NCBI RefSeq assembly: GCF_008065095.1
Contig: NZ_CP042911.1
Coordinates: 120,001-152,000, forward strand
Direction of reading: 5' to 3'
DNA length: 32,000 nt
Origin: Gemmata obscuriglobus
GTDB taxonomy: Bacteria; Planctomycetota; Planctomycetia; Gemmatales; Gemmataceae
Shown: piece by piece, positions 1 through 9,661 of the stretch
Position numbering within the stretch: the stretch's first letter is position 1
Layout of the letters: the number at the start of each line of letters is the position of its first letter
Notes under the pieces: generated by a model
Told to the model about the DNA's origin: nothing
What the model saw: the letters and a program-made list of their open reading frames with translations, nothing else
Databases searched by the model: none
Position numbers and translations under genes: made by a program

Positions 1-47
1 CCGATAAGAGCACGTTCGCCACTTTTCACCATGAGCGCTCCACCCTT

Positions 48-764
48 GTGGCATTAGGAACACGCCGATACTGCCTGACCCCGAACGAGGCATTCGTTGT
101 CGAAAAGACGCCGGCCTCCGGCCAATACGCCCTCGTCTTCCAAAGCGCAAACAAGCCGGAGGAGCTTTTTCACACGACTGCCGGCAAAAGTCACCTGTTG
201 TTCCGTCCGCTCACTGCTGCCGTTCAATCGAGCACCGTACTGGGCGTCCTCGACCGCGCGGGGTTCAAGGCGGAGTCGGTCACTCGCGGCGAGGCTGGCC
301 TGGTAACGCTCCGCTACTCTCGTCCCCTCCCCGGTCAAGGGGAGGGTGGGGTTGATCGGGGGGCGCTGACGTTTTCGACAGACAACCACTACCTGCTCAC
401 CCGATTTGAGTACGAGTTGATTACGAAGGCGGGGGATACGTCGTCGCTCTACCGCGGTGTGGTGACTCGGAAGTTCACCTCCCGAAATGGGCGACCCGTT
501 GTGACGGAAGTGAGTCAGGTGCTCTCCTCAACTCCCGCCGCCACGAGCGACAACACGACCAAGGTTCGGTACACGTACCCCGCACAAGGCGCCTCCCCGG
601 ACGAGTTTCGGCTGGAGCATTACTTGCCTCCGCCGCCGGTTCTCGACGTTTACAAAGACCGCCCCCCGTTCAACTGGCGCTTGTGGGGCGGAATCGGCGT
701 GTCCTGCATCGCTCTTTCCGTCCTTCTGACGTGGTGGGTTCGTCGCAAACGGTCGCAAGCGTAA
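48..764 (+). CDS. Hypothetical protein with C-terminal transmembrane anchor (possibly 5'-truncated by window edge)
   Basis: ORF track 48..764 (GTG start). The same frame has no stop back to position 3, so the real start may lie upstream of the window. Ordinary amino-acid composition. C-terminal hydrophobic helix [18 protein letters not shown] is followed by RRKR. No family recognised. Confidence 0.5.
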   Translation: MALGTRRYCLTPNEAFVVEKTPASGQYALVFQSANKPEELFHTTAGKSHLLFRPLTAAVQSSTVLGVLDRAGFKAESVTRGEAGLVTLRYSRPLPGQGEGGVDRGALTFSTDNHYLLTRFEYELITKAGDTSSLYRGVVTRKFTSRNGRPVVTEVSQVLSSTPAATSDNTTKVRYTYPAQGASPDEFRLEHYLPPPPVLDVYKDRPPFNWRLWGGIGVSCIALSVLLTWWVRRKRSQA

Positions 765-775
765 GGGGGGGGGCC

Positions 776-1669
776 ATGCGCAAACGCTCCGCATTCACGC
801 TGATTGAGATCCTGGTGGTGATCGCCATCATCGCCGTCCTCATCGGCCTCCTGCTCCCGGCGGTGCAGAAGGTGCGCGGCGCGGCGGCCCGGACACAATG
901 TGCTAACAACCTCAAGCAGATCGCTATTGCCTGCCACAACTACGAATCGGCCCGTGGCGCGTTGCCCCCCGGTGACATCCCGCCCCCCGACCCGTTGTAC
1001 TTCCTGAACGCGCACGTCGCGCTGCTCCCCTACCTCGAGCAGGACGCGGTGTACCGGCAAGCGCAAGCCGACTGTGCGAGCATGCCCATCACCCACCTCG
1101 CCCCGCCGCACGTCGGGCTGCGGACGCTGGTGAAAGCCTATCAATGCCCGGCGGACGATCGGCAGGGGTGGCTGCACCGCACACCAAACGGTGTTGTCGT
1201 GGCCCTCACCGGCTACCTCGGCGTTTCCGGTGTCGGCGACGAGAAAAGCCCGTCGGGGGTGATTTACAGCGGGTCGAGTACGCGCATCACCGACGTGACC
1301 GACGGCACGACCAACACGCTGCTCTTCGGCGAGCGCCCGCCAACGCCGGACTACTTGTGCGGTTGGTGGTACATGGGTTACGCACACACCGCGAGTGAGG
1401 CCTTCCTCCCCGTGCAGGCGTTGCGTGGCGAACCTGAAGTGAGCTCACTCGGAGCGGCGTACCGGTCCTGCGGTCCCGGCCCGTATTCGTTCACGGATGG
1501 CGACCTGACGAGCGTTTGCCACGCCTACCACTTCTGGAGCCGACACTCGGGCGGGGCACACTTTGCGTTCTGCGACGGGTCCGTGAAGTTCGTCCGGTAC
1601 GAGGCCGACGCGATCCTGTCGGCTCTCGCCACGCGGTCCGGGGGAGAGACCGTCTCTGCTCCGGATTGA
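776..1669 (+). CDS. DUF1559 / H-X9-DG family protein with prepilin-type N-terminal cleavage/methylation domain
   Basis: The internal ATG at 776 of ORF 683..1669 gives [34 protein letters not shown], a type IV pilin-like FTLIE methylation motif plus hydrophobic helix. C-terminal [14 protein letters not shown] fits the H-X9-DG signature of the planctomycetal DUF1559 family. The 683-775 extension overlaps the upstream CDS and is Arg-rich. Confidence 0.9.
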   Translation: MRKRSAFTLIEILVVIAIIAVLIGLLLPAVQKVRGAAARTQCANNLKQIAIACHNYESARGALPPGDIPPPDPLYFLNAHVALLPYLEQDAVYRQAQADCASMPITHLAPPHVGLRTLVKAYQCPADDRQGWLHRTPNGVVVALTGYLGVSGVGDEKSPSGVIYSGSSTRITDVTDGTTNTLLFGERPPTPDYLCGWWYMGYAHTASEAFLPVQALRGEPEVSSLGAAYRSCGPGPYSFTDGDLTSVCHAYHFWSRHSGGAHFAFCDGSVKFVRYEADAILSALATRSGGETVSAPD

Positions 1670-1785
1670 CTACCGTTCGGTGTGTGGCAGTGATGGAGTG
1701 GCTCTTGCATTGAGCTGGTTCGGCGGTGGTGCCGCGTACCCCGCTCCCTGGCGGTCTCGTCAGAACGCGGTACCATCACCGGGCA

Positions 1786-3261
1786 CTACTTCTTCTCGCC
1801 GCTCTTCGGTTCCGCGTCGGGCGGCAGGGCGGCTTTCAGCAGCGTGCCGTTCTTGCCGTTGTACACGCGAACGGTGCCGTCCTCGCACCCGCTCACGACC
1901 ACCTCGCCATCGGGGCTCGCGCTGACCGCGTACACGAAGTCGCTGGCCCCCGGGAACGATCGCACGTTGCCGCCGTTGTCCGCGTTCCACATGCGGACGC
2001 TCGCGTCCCCGCTGCCGGTCACGAACTGGGACGTTTTGCCCACGAACGCGAGGGCCGTTACCTGCTTCTGGTGCCCCTGCATGTCGCGGATCTTCTCGCC
2101 CTTCTCGTAATCCCACACCTTCACGAAGTTGTCGGCCCCGCACGATGCGAGCTTTTTCCCGTCGGGGGTCCAGCCAACGCCCATGACGTGGTGCGTGTGG
2201 CCCTCGAACGATTTCACGAACTTGGCCGGCTGCCCCACTTCGGCGGGTAACTCGAACACCTTGACGAACTTGTCGGCGCCGCCGGTGGCGAGCAGCTTGC
2301 CGTCCGGGCTGAACGTGACCCCGAACACCGTGTCGCTGTGGCCCGCTTTGATTTCCGCGAACAGCTTCGCGGTGCCGGCGTCGAACACCTTGATCTCGCC
2401 GTCCTCGGTCGGCGCCCCGCCGCCGGTGGCGAACCGCTTGCCGTCGGCCGAGTAGGCGATCGTGCACACGCGGTCCACGAACCCGCCGACGCGCTGCCGG
2501 GGTTCGCCCTTCGCGACGTCCCAGAGCGTCAGCTCCTGGAAGCTGCCGGTGGCGAGCGTCTTGCCGTCGGGGCTGAACGCCATCGACTCCACGAGGGAGA
2601 TGTGCGCCGCCTTCGCGGGCTTCCTGTCCGGGGTCTTGAGCTGCGGGTCGAAGAGGGACGTGGCGTAGGCCCACTCGGTCTTATCCTTGTCGCCCTTCTT
2701 CGCGGCCGGAACCGTCTTCAACTCGAAGAGGTGAACTTGGTTCCCGCGGCTGGCGGCGATGCTCTTGCCGTCCGGCGCCACCGCGACCGCCCGCACCGGT
2801 TTCACCAGCACCGGCGGCAAGTTCACGAGCGGCCGCTCCTTGACGCGCACGCTGGTCGGGGCCTTCGCGCCCTGGTCGATCCACAGTTTGATGAGCGAAA
2901 GCTCCTGTGAGTTGAGCGGCTCGTCGGTTTTGGGCGGCATCATCGGCTGTTCGAGGCGGGCGCACGCGCGGAAGAAGAAGCTCTCGTCCGCCTTGCCCGG
3001 GACGATGATCTTCGCCCCGCGCTTGCCGCCCTTCATCACCTTCTCGTAGGTGCTCATGTCGTACTTGCCGCGCAGGGTGCCGCCGGCGTGGCACGTCATG
3101 CACTTGTTCTCAAAGATCGGCTCGATGTCCTTGGCGTACTCGACCGGCTCCTTGCGCTTCAGGTCGACGGTCGGGATCGGCGGGTACAGGTCGTCTTTCT
3201 TGTCCTGCGCGTCGCTCCGGGCGACGAGCAGCACGAACACGAGCGCAGCGAGCCGGCGCAT
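1786..3261 (-). CDS. Secreted PSCyt1 (planctomycete cytochrome c-like) domain + WD40 beta-propeller protein
   Basis: ORF 1786..3309. The ATG at 3261 gives signal peptide MRRLAALVFVLLVARSDAQ. It has a CXXCH motif (IFENKCMTCHAGG) and a downstream KGG/PPK pattern typical of PSCyt1. The remainder carries repeated WD40-like blades (FSPDGKTLATGS, YSADGKRFATGG, FSPDGKLLATGG, WTPDGKKLASCG, ASPDGEVVVSG). Confidence 0.85.
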   Translation of the reverse strand: MRRLAALVFVLLVARSDAQDKKDDLYPPIPTVDLKRKEPVEYAKDIEPIFENKCMTCHAGGTLRGKYDMSTYEKVMKGGKRGAKIIVPGKADESFFFRACARLEQPMMPPKTDEPLNSQELSLIKLWIDQGAKAPTSVRVKERPLVNLPPVLVKPVRAVAVAPDGKSIAASRGNQVHLFELKTVPAAKKGDKDKTEWAYATSLFDPQLKTPDRKPAKAAHISLVESMAFSPDGKTLATGSFQELTLWDVAKGEPRQRVGGFVDRVCTIAYSADGKRFATGGGAPTEDGEIKVFDAGTAKLFAEIKAGHSDTVFGVTFSPDGKLLATGGADKFVKVFELPAEVGQPAKFVKSFEGHTHHVMGVGWTPDGKKLASCGADNFVKVWDYEKGEKIRDMQGHQKQVTALAFVGKTSQFVTGSGDASVRMWNADNGGNVRSFPGASDFVYAVSASPDGEVVVSGCEDGTVRVYNGKNGTLLKAALPPDAEPKSGEKK

Positions 3262-3336
3262 TGAGAGGGTTCCTTTGCGGTTGAATTGGTCGGAAGAACC
3301 CCGCTCCAATTCTTTCTCGGAGGGGGGTGAGCTTTA

Positions 3337-5976
3337 TTACTTCGCCAGGTTGAAGCTGACTTTGTTCTCGTAGGTAACGGGGTGTTTCCCGCCATAGAGG
3401 GCCGTGACCACGACGGTGCCGGCCAGTGCGCCGGGCTTGGCGTCGGGAGCGGTCTTGAGCAGCAGCTTCACCTCGTCCTTGCCCGCGGCAATCACAACGT
3501 CTGTCGCGGTCACCCCGGTCGCGTCCTTTGCGGGCACGAACGACACCTTGTACTCGCCCGCGAAGTCGTGGAGCCGCTCCACCTTGATCGGCAGATCGGT
3601 ACTCGTGCCGAGTTTGAGCGTGTTGTTCGGCAGCGGCCCGGTGGTGAACCGCCCGAGAGCCGACGGCACCACGAGGACCGTGATCGGCGTGCCGAACGCC
3701 TCCGCGGGAACGTTCGGCTTTTGTTTCGCCGTTGGATCTTTTGCAAACGCCACCGGGGCCGTGCCGCGGAAGACGATCGTATACGTGCCCGGCACGCTGC
3801 CGGTCTTGGCGTCGATGTTCACCAGCACGTCCGGCTTGTCTTTTGTCGGCTGGGTCGCGAACTGGACCGCCACCGGCTGACCTTGCTGGTTCTGCGCCAG
3901 CGGCTCGGCCGTCAGTGTGACGTTCGGCTTCTCGGGGACCGTCCAGCTCACCTTCACCGGCACGGTCGCCTTGTCTCCCTGCCGCAGCACGACGACGGGG
4001 CCGTTGACCTTCTCTTCCTTGTCTTTTCCGCTTGCGGGCTTGACGACCGCATTGGGGATGTCCGCTTTGATGCTGAAAGGCGCCTTCTCGGCACGTATCG
4101 CGACGACCAGCGACTGGTCGAGTTTGGCGAGTACGGGCACGTTTTGGTCCGGCTGGTTCGTGCCCCACACGACCGAGGCTGGGCGCGCGACCCGTTCGAG
4201 CTTTTTGCCGGCGGCGTCGGTACCCGTGAGTTTGACCGTGACTGCGGCGTTCGCCGGAGCGGCGCCGGGCGCGACATCGAGCACCAGCACGCCCCAGCGC
4301 GCCGCCGGGCCAATGGTGAGCGGCTGAGCGGTTACCCCCGCGGGGAGGCCTTCAACCGTGACCCCGATCGCGCCGCTGTAGCCGTCGGTGCGGTGGGCGA
4401 ACACGTGGTACGCCTGCGTCCCGCCCTGCCATGCCGAGGAGCCGGTCTGGTAGAAGCGGCTGTACGGCATCACCACCGCGCGGAAGTCCGGGAGCGGTTG
4501 CCCGATGCGCAGCCGGTAGGCCGCCGTCGGGCCGTTCAAGTAGCTCGACTCGCGGCAGCCGATCGCGATCAGGTATCTGCCGTCCTCGGGCGCGGTGAAC
4601 TGGTACGGGGCCGGGTCCGTGGTGCGGGTGTAGAACCCGGATGGGTGGAGCGTGTCGTTGTCGTCGTCCTGATCGCCGCTGAGGTCGCGCTTCGGGTCTT
4701 TGCCGTCGCGGACCGAGAAGAAGAAGTCGCCGCTCGCCCCGATCCGCTCCGCGGCGAGGTCGATGGTCACCTTCTCGCCCTTCTTCGCGACGAACGCGAC
4801 CCAGTCGCGCTCGCCCCTCCTGGCGAGGAACCCGGCGACCTCACCCGGCGTCGGGACGACTTCCGCAGCGTCCGGCCCGCCGGCAGACTTTGTCTTTACG
4901 GTCAGCTTGTCGCGGGCGAAGTAAATCGTGACCGGGTTCGACGTGCCGTTCGGCCCTTTCAGACTGTACCCGAAGCCGTCCTGAAGGGCGCAGGTCGGTT
5001 CGACGTGCGCGCGGCTCGCGAGCTGGGTGACCGCGGCGGGGACGCCCGGCGGGGTGACCGACACGGTGAGCTTTTCGAGCGCGCGGCCGTCCGCGGTGTA
5101 TTCCGTCGGTTGGCCGCCGGGCAGGTTGCGGCCGTACAGCGTCACCGGAGTCGGCTTGCCGGGTTCGACCACGGGCGGGAACACCGCGTCGATCCACGGG
5201 GCGGCGCTCACGGTGAGGCGGTAAACGTAGTCCGGGCCGCCGGCAGTGTATGTGAACTGGAACAGCCGGATCAGGTATTCGCCGTCGGCGGGGAGCACCA
5301 CGTCGGTGAGGGCGTCCGACTCGCGGTAGTTGCGGCTGGTGGCAAGTTTGCGGCCGGTGGCCTCGTAGACCTCGATCATTGGCGTGGCCTTGCTGTCGAC
5401 GCTGGTCGCGAGGCACGAGACCAGAACCCGCTGCCCCTTCTTTCCGGCGAACGTGGTGTAATCGACGTCCGTCGGGTTCGCGATGACTCCGTTGACGGTG
5501 GTGCCGATTTCGATCTTTTGCGCGTCCGGAACGTCGTTGTTCGGTTCCTTCTCGTTCACCTCGGGTAAATCGCCGACGACGAACGAGCGCGGGTTGCTCG
5601 CCCCCCACTTGCCCACGACCCGCAAGTCGTACACGCCGGGCGGCACGTCGGCCGCGGCCGTCACTTTGAACGTGTGCGGGCCGGCGGGGTTGGTCTTCGG
5701 CGGCGGGGTGGTCTTTTTCGGGTCTTTGGGGTCCGGTGTTGGTTCCGTGGGCGGCTTGATCCACTCGCCCTTCAGTCCCGGGTGCGCGAACAGCAGCTTT
5801 TCGGGCTCTTCCAGGTCGGTTCCGGTGACGGTGACTTCGACCGACGCGCCGGCCCTTATGCCGGCGGGGAACACGTGCTGCACGCGGGCCGACGGGAGCC
5901 CGGGTGGGGGCTGCTGGGCCGAGAGGTTCCCGGCCATCACAGATAGGACCGCGAGGCCGAACGTGAACCGGCGCAT
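3337..5976 (-). CDS. Large secreted protein with two pre-peptidase C-terminal (PPC)-like domains and Ig-like modules
   Basis: ORF 3337..6597. The ATG at 5976 gives signal peptide MRRFTFGLAVLSVMAGNLSAQ. The longer N-terminal extension overlaps the divergent gene at 6178 and is rejected. PPC-like motif: EKEPNNDVPDAQKIEIGTTVNGVIANPTDVDYTTFAGKKGQRV...YRLTV. A second, weaker copy: GEVAGFLARRGERDWVAFVAKKGEKVTIDL...YRLRIG. It lies 75 nt upstream of the PSCyt1-WD40 gene on the same strand. Confidence 0.8.
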   Translation of the reverse strand: MRRFTFGLAVLSVMAGNLSAQQPPPGLPSARVQHVFPAGIRAGASVEVTVTGTDLEEPEKLLFAHPGLKGEWIKPPTEPTPDPKDPKKTTPPPKTNPAGPHTFKVTAAADVPPGVYDLRVVGKWGASNPRSFVVGDLPEVNEKEPNNDVPDAQKIEIGTTVNGVIANPTDVDYTTFAGKKGQRVLVSCLATSVDSKATPMIEVYEATGRKLATSRNYRESDALTDVVLPADGEYLIRLFQFTYTAGGPDYVYRLTVSAAPWIDAVFPPVVEPGKPTPVTLYGRNLPGGQPTEYTADGRALEKLTVSVTPPGVPAAVTQLASRAHVEPTCALQDGFGYSLKGPNGTSNPVTIYFARDKLTVKTKSAGGPDAAEVVPTPGEVAGFLARRGERDWVAFVAKKGEKVTIDLAAERIGASGDFFFSVRDGKDPKRDLSGDQDDDNDTLHPSGFYTRTTDPAPYQFTAPEDGRYLIAIGCRESSYLNGPTAAYRLRIGQPLPDFRAVVMPYSRFYQTGSSAWQGGTQAYHVFAHRTDGYSGAIGVTVEGLPAGVTAQPLTIGPAARWGVLVLDVAPGAAPANAAVTVKLTGTDAAGKKLERVARPASVVWGTNQPDQNVPVLAKLDQSLVVAIRAEKAPFSIKADIPNAVVKPASGKDKEEKVNGPVVVLRQGDKATVPVKVSWTVPEKPNVTLTAEPLAQNQQGQPVAVQFATQPTKDKPDVLVNIDAKTGSVPGTYTIVFRGTAPVAFAKDPTAKQKPNVPAEAFGTPITVLVVPSALGRFTTGPLPNNTLKLGTSTDLPIKVERLHDFAGEYKVSFVPAKDATGVTATDVVIAAGKDEVKLLLKTAPDAKPGALAGTVVVTALYGGKHPVTYENKVSFNLAK

Positions 5977-6177
5977 GATGGGGGCCTCCGAAGGAGCCTG
6001 ACGCGGTGGGCTGGTCGAGCGAGGGTGCGCCGGCCCGTAGGGCGGGTTCGTGCGCGGTTGGGTGGGATTACAGGGTATCGTAAACCGGCACCCGAGGGCG
6101 GTCAAGCGGCGGACCGCCGGCGCGCGTTTTCGCTTCCCGCGTTCGCGTGACATTTGGCCGTCGGCTATGATCGCGGC

Positions 6178-7791
6178 ATGAGCGAGGAAGACGCCCTGCT
6201 GAAAGCCGTTATCGCGGACGCGGGGGACGACACCCCGCGGCTCGTGTACGCCGACTGGCTCGACGAGCACGACGCGCCGATTCAGGCGGAGTTCATCCGC
6301 ACACAGTGCCGGCTCGCGAGTTGTTCTATCGCTGATCCGGAATACCCCGAGTTGCTCGAACGGGCCGCGGAGGTCGAGTTGCGGTTCGGGTTGGCGCTGC
6401 GGCTCACCGCGCCACAACTGCCGTCGGGGTTCAAGCACGAGCGCGAGTTCCGGCGGGGGTTTCCGCACTTCGCCGTCGCCGATTGGGAGGTAGATCCAGT
6501 TCCCCATCATGAAGGTCGTGTTCCGCCGGGCAACGAGCAGGTTGACCGCGTGTGTGCCGCGTTGCCCGATCTGGTTGCGAACACGACCGTTCGCCACCTC
6601 GCGCTACAACGGATGACTCCAGACGTGCTGGCACGCGTGCTCGCAGAACCGGCGGCGCGGGTGCTCACCGGTCTGACCGTCAGCCCGGTCGAGCCCGACG
6701 CCGAGGGCGGGGACGCGCTCATTCGCGTGATCGGCCGCTCGCCGGTGGTCGCGAACCTCGAACACCTGGACCTGGCCACCCCCAGCACGGTGGCCGGCTT
6801 GGCCGCACTGAACGCGAACCCCGACCGGTTCCGCACGCTCGACCTACCGGCGCTGTCCGGGCGCCGGGAAGATATTCCGGCGCTGGCGCGAGCCGCGTGG
6901 TTCCGCGGACTGCGGGACGTATTCATGAGGCGCGTGGAGCGCCCGCTACAAGGGCCGCTGCTTGTGGCGCTGGCGGGGGCGCCGCGGCTCGAATCGCTGA
7001 CCGTTTGGCACCTCCAGCCGACGGCGCTCAAGGCGCTCGGGAGTGCCACCGGGTTTCCCGAACTCGCGCGGCTCACGTTCGAGTTCTGTGATGACACCGG
7101 CCGTATCGCGGCCCGGCTCGCCGGGGGCCGGTTTCCGCGGCTCGCGGATCTCACGATTTCCGGCCTGGACGACGACACGTTCGCCCCGCTGCTCGGCGCG
7201 CGGTGGTTCCCGCAACTGCACACGTTCGATTCGTCCGGCGGAAGCCTGACCGATGCGAGCGCCGCGGCTCTGTCAAAGAGCCCCGCCGCGCCCCGCTTGC
7301 GCGTGCTCAAGGTGTGGGGTAACTGGTTCACGAAGGCGGGGCTCGCCGCGCTCGGCAACGGGGCGCGGTTCCCGGCCCTCGCCGCGCTCACGCTCGACCT
7401 GTCCGTCGGCGACACGCGCGTGCGGCCGGACGCGCTGGCCCGGTTCGCGGCCGGGCTCAGCTTGTCGCGCCTTCGGTACCTGGACCTCGGCGGGTGGCCG
7501 CTCGGCGACGCCGGCGCGAAGGCCCTTGCGGCCAACCCGCACCTCGCGAACGTGACCCGCCTGCGCCTCGCGGGGTGCGGAATCGGTGACCGCGGGCTCA
7601 CCGCGCTGGCCCGGTCGCGGCACCTGCAGGGCCTGCTCGAACTGAGCGTGTACAACAATACGCTGAAAAAGGCGGCGGCCCTGCTCGTTCCGGACCGGCT
7701 CCCCCGGCTCGCCGCGCTCAACCTGGACGTCAACCCGATCAGGCCCGCGGACCGCGCCGCGCTCCACCGCGCGCGCGGGTGGCTGGTGTAG
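6178..7791 (+). CDS. TIGR02996-type N-terminal domain + RNI-like leucine-rich repeat protein (paralog 1)
   Basis: The ATG at 6178 gives MSEEDALLKAVIADAGDDTPRLVYADWLDEHDAPIQAEFIRTQCRLA...DPEYPELLE, the Gemmata/myxobacterial repeat-companion domain pattern. The C-terminal two-thirds has roughly 25-28-aa repeats of type LxxLxLxGxxLGDAGAKALAANPHLANVTRLRLAGCGIGDRGLTALA. Confidence 0.85.
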   Translation: MSEEDALLKAVIADAGDDTPRLVYADWLDEHDAPIQAEFIRTQCRLASCSIADPEYPELLERAAEVELRFGLALRLTAPQLPSGFKHEREFRRGFPHFAVADWEVDPVPHHEGRVPPGNEQVDRVCAALPDLVANTTVRHLALQRMTPDVLARVLAEPAARVLTGLTVSPVEPDAEGGDALIRVIGRSPVVANLEHLDLATPSTVAGLAALNANPDRFRTLDLPALSGRREDIPALARAAWFRGLRDVFMRRVERPLQGPLLVALAGAPRLESLTVWHLQPTALKALGSATGFPELARLTFEFCDDTGRIAARLAGGRFPRLADLTISGLDDDTFAPLLGARWFPQLHTFDSSGGSLTDASAAALSKSPAAPRLRVLKVWGNWFTKAGLAALGNGARFPALAALTLDLSVGDTRVRPDALARFAAGLSLSRLRYLDLGGWPLGDAGAKALAANPHLANVTRLRLAGCGIGDRGLTALARSRHLQGLLELSVYNNTLKKAAALLVPDRLPRLAALNLDVNPIRPADRAALHRARGWLV

Positions 7792-7809
7792 CACCGAACG
7801 GAACGACCC

Positions 7810-9444
7810 ATGAGCGATCAGGCCGCGCTGCTGGACGCGATCCGCGAGCAGCCCGACGAGGACACCCCGCGGCTCGCCTACGCCGACTGGCTCGACGAGC
7901 ACGCGCCCGACGGCAAGCCGTCCCCGGCCCGCGGCCCGTCGGCGCGGGCCGATTACATCCGGGTGCAGTGCCGGCTCGCCGAGCGGCCCTACGACGACCC
8001 GGAGTACCCCGCCCTCCTCGAACTCGAAGAGGAGCTGGCCCGGTGGCTCGACGCGCACGCCGACCACACGCACCCCGAACTGCCGGCCGATCTGGAGTGG
8101 GGCCGGAGCTTCTCCTACGGCGGCGACGGCGCGTACCGCCGCGGGTTCCCGGACGAGGTCGAGTACACCGACTACGACGAGGAGCCCGAGGAGAACATCG
8201 ACCGCATCACGACCGCCCTGGGGCAGGCGTTTCGGAGCGCCACCATCAGCACGCTGCGGCTCGAAGACGCCTACGGGGAAGAGGTCGCGGGCGTGGTCAA
8301 CGGCCCGCTCGCGGCCCGGCTCCGCGGGCTGTCGCTGGACTACTTCGCGGACGAGGACGAGGCCGCGGCGGTGCGCGGGATCGTCGGCTCGCCGCACCTC
8401 ACCAACTTGCGCCGACTGGACCTTGAGTTCGAACTCACACCGGACGAGTCGCGTGTGCTGGCGAAGGCCCCCAACCTGGGCGCGCTGGAGGCCCTGCTGC
8501 TCGGTGAGACCACTTACGCCGGCCTGAAAGCGCTGGGCGCGGCCGGGTGGTTTCGCAACTTGCGGTCGCTGTGCCTGTGGATGAACAGCCGCGACACGTT
8601 CCGCGCCCTCGGCGAGCTGCCGCCGATGCCGAACCTGGTTCACCTCGCGCTCGTGGGCGATGTCGAGCCCACGGCCGCCGCGAGCCGCCGGTTCGTCGCG
8701 TCCGACTCGTTCCCGCGGCTCGCCCGGCTGGAGCTGAACCAGCTCCGGTTGCCGCTGGACGCACTGGCACGCGCCCCGTGGCCGCTGCGGCACCTGTCGC
8801 TGGAGGGCGTGGAGCTGCGCAAGGACGGGGTCGCGGCGCTGGTCAAGGCGGGCTTCGCCGGTTCGCTCCGCGTGCTGGAGCTGAGCGGCTGCCGGGTCAC
8901 GGTCGGGAGCGTCCAGGCGCTCGCCGCGGCGCCCGTGCTCGCCGGGCTGAAGCACCTGAACCTGAGCGGCAACCCGGTGGGGCCGGGCGGGCTGACCGCG
9001 CTCGCTCGCGGCCCCCACCTGCGCGGGCTGCGGCTGCTCAACCTGAACCGGTGCAACGCCCCGAAGAGCCCGCTCAACGCGAGCACCGTGCAGACGTTTC
9101 TGGCGGCGCTCGACATGCCGGAGCTGCGGCACCTGATGCTCGACGAACTGCCGGTCGGGGTGCCCGGGGCGCGGACCCTCGCGGCCGGCGGCTTCTCGCG
9201 CCTCACGAAGCTCGACCTCAACGGGTGCGGGCTGCGCGAGGCGGGGACGCGCGTGCTGTGTGAGTCCGAGGGCCTGCCGGACGTGACACTCCTCGACCTG
9301 GGGAACAACAACGGCGGCAAGGGGCCGGTCAAGCTGGCCAGTTCGAAAACGTTCCCGCGGCTCGGGTACTGCGACCTGCGCGGCAGCCGGGTCGCGAAAG
9401 AGGCCCTCGCCAAGCTCCGGAAGCGGCCCGGGCTGTGGGTGTGA
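7810..9444 (+). CDS. TIGR02996-type N-terminal domain + RNI-like leucine-rich repeat protein (paralog 2)
   Basis: MSDQAALLDAIREQPDEDTPRLAYADWLDEH...ADYIRVQCRLAERPYDDPEYPALLE. LRRs include LRVLELSGCRVTVGSVQALAAAPVLAGLKHLNLSGNPVGPGGLTALARGPHLRGLRLLNLNRC. It starts 18 nt after paralog 1. Confidence 0.85.
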   Translation: MSDQAALLDAIREQPDEDTPRLAYADWLDEHAPDGKPSPARGPSARADYIRVQCRLAERPYDDPEYPALLELEEELARWLDAHADHTHPELPADLEWGRSFSYGGDGAYRRGFPDEVEYTDYDEEPEENIDRITTALGQAFRSATISTLRLEDAYGEEVAGVVNGPLAARLRGLSLDYFADEDEAAAVRGIVGSPHLTNLRRLDLEFELTPDESRVLAKAPNLGALEALLLGETTYAGLKALGAAGWFRNLRSLCLWMNSRDTFRALGELPPMPNLVHLALVGDVEPTAAASRRFVASDSFPRLARLELNQLRLPLDALARAPWPLRHLSLEGVELRKDGVAALVKAGFAGSLRVLELSGCRVTVGSVQALAAAPVLAGLKHLNLSGNPVGPGGLTALARGPHLRGLRLLNLNRCNAPKSPLNASTVQTFLAALDMPELRHLMLDELPVGVPGARTLAAGGFSRLTKLDLNGCGLREAGTRVLCESEGLPDVTLLDLGNNNGGKGPVKLASSKTFPRLGYCDLRGSRVAKEALAKLRKRPGLWV

Positions 9445-9661
9445 TCGCGCCAGCCGCCGCCGCGCCGCGCGGTAAAATTTTCTGAACGCCGGCGGTTCAC
9501 GATATCCCCCTCCCGGCGCAAACGCTAAACTGCCTCCACAACCACACGCGTCTCCCGGTCCGGACGAGCACTCGCCCGGATCGCGCGTGGTACGGGGGTC
9601 GGCGCCCCCGCTCAGGATACTTGTTCCCGAGAACCGGCCCCGCGCGCCGCTCCACTGCCGC

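Noticed and set aside
3382-5568. 728-aa plus-strand ORF (and the minus-strand 352-aa ORF 3110..4168) overlapping the PPC-domain gene
   Set aside because: It has Arg/Gly/Asp/Val-rich composition and no motifs, and it overlaps a minus-strand gene with a signal peptide and PPC motifs. Judged an alternative-frame artefact.
5977-6597. N-terminal extension of ORF 3337..6597 upstream of MRRFTF
   Set aside because: The extension runs antisense through the divergent LRR paralog 1 start region and has no signal peptide. The ATG at 5976 gives a canonical signal peptide.
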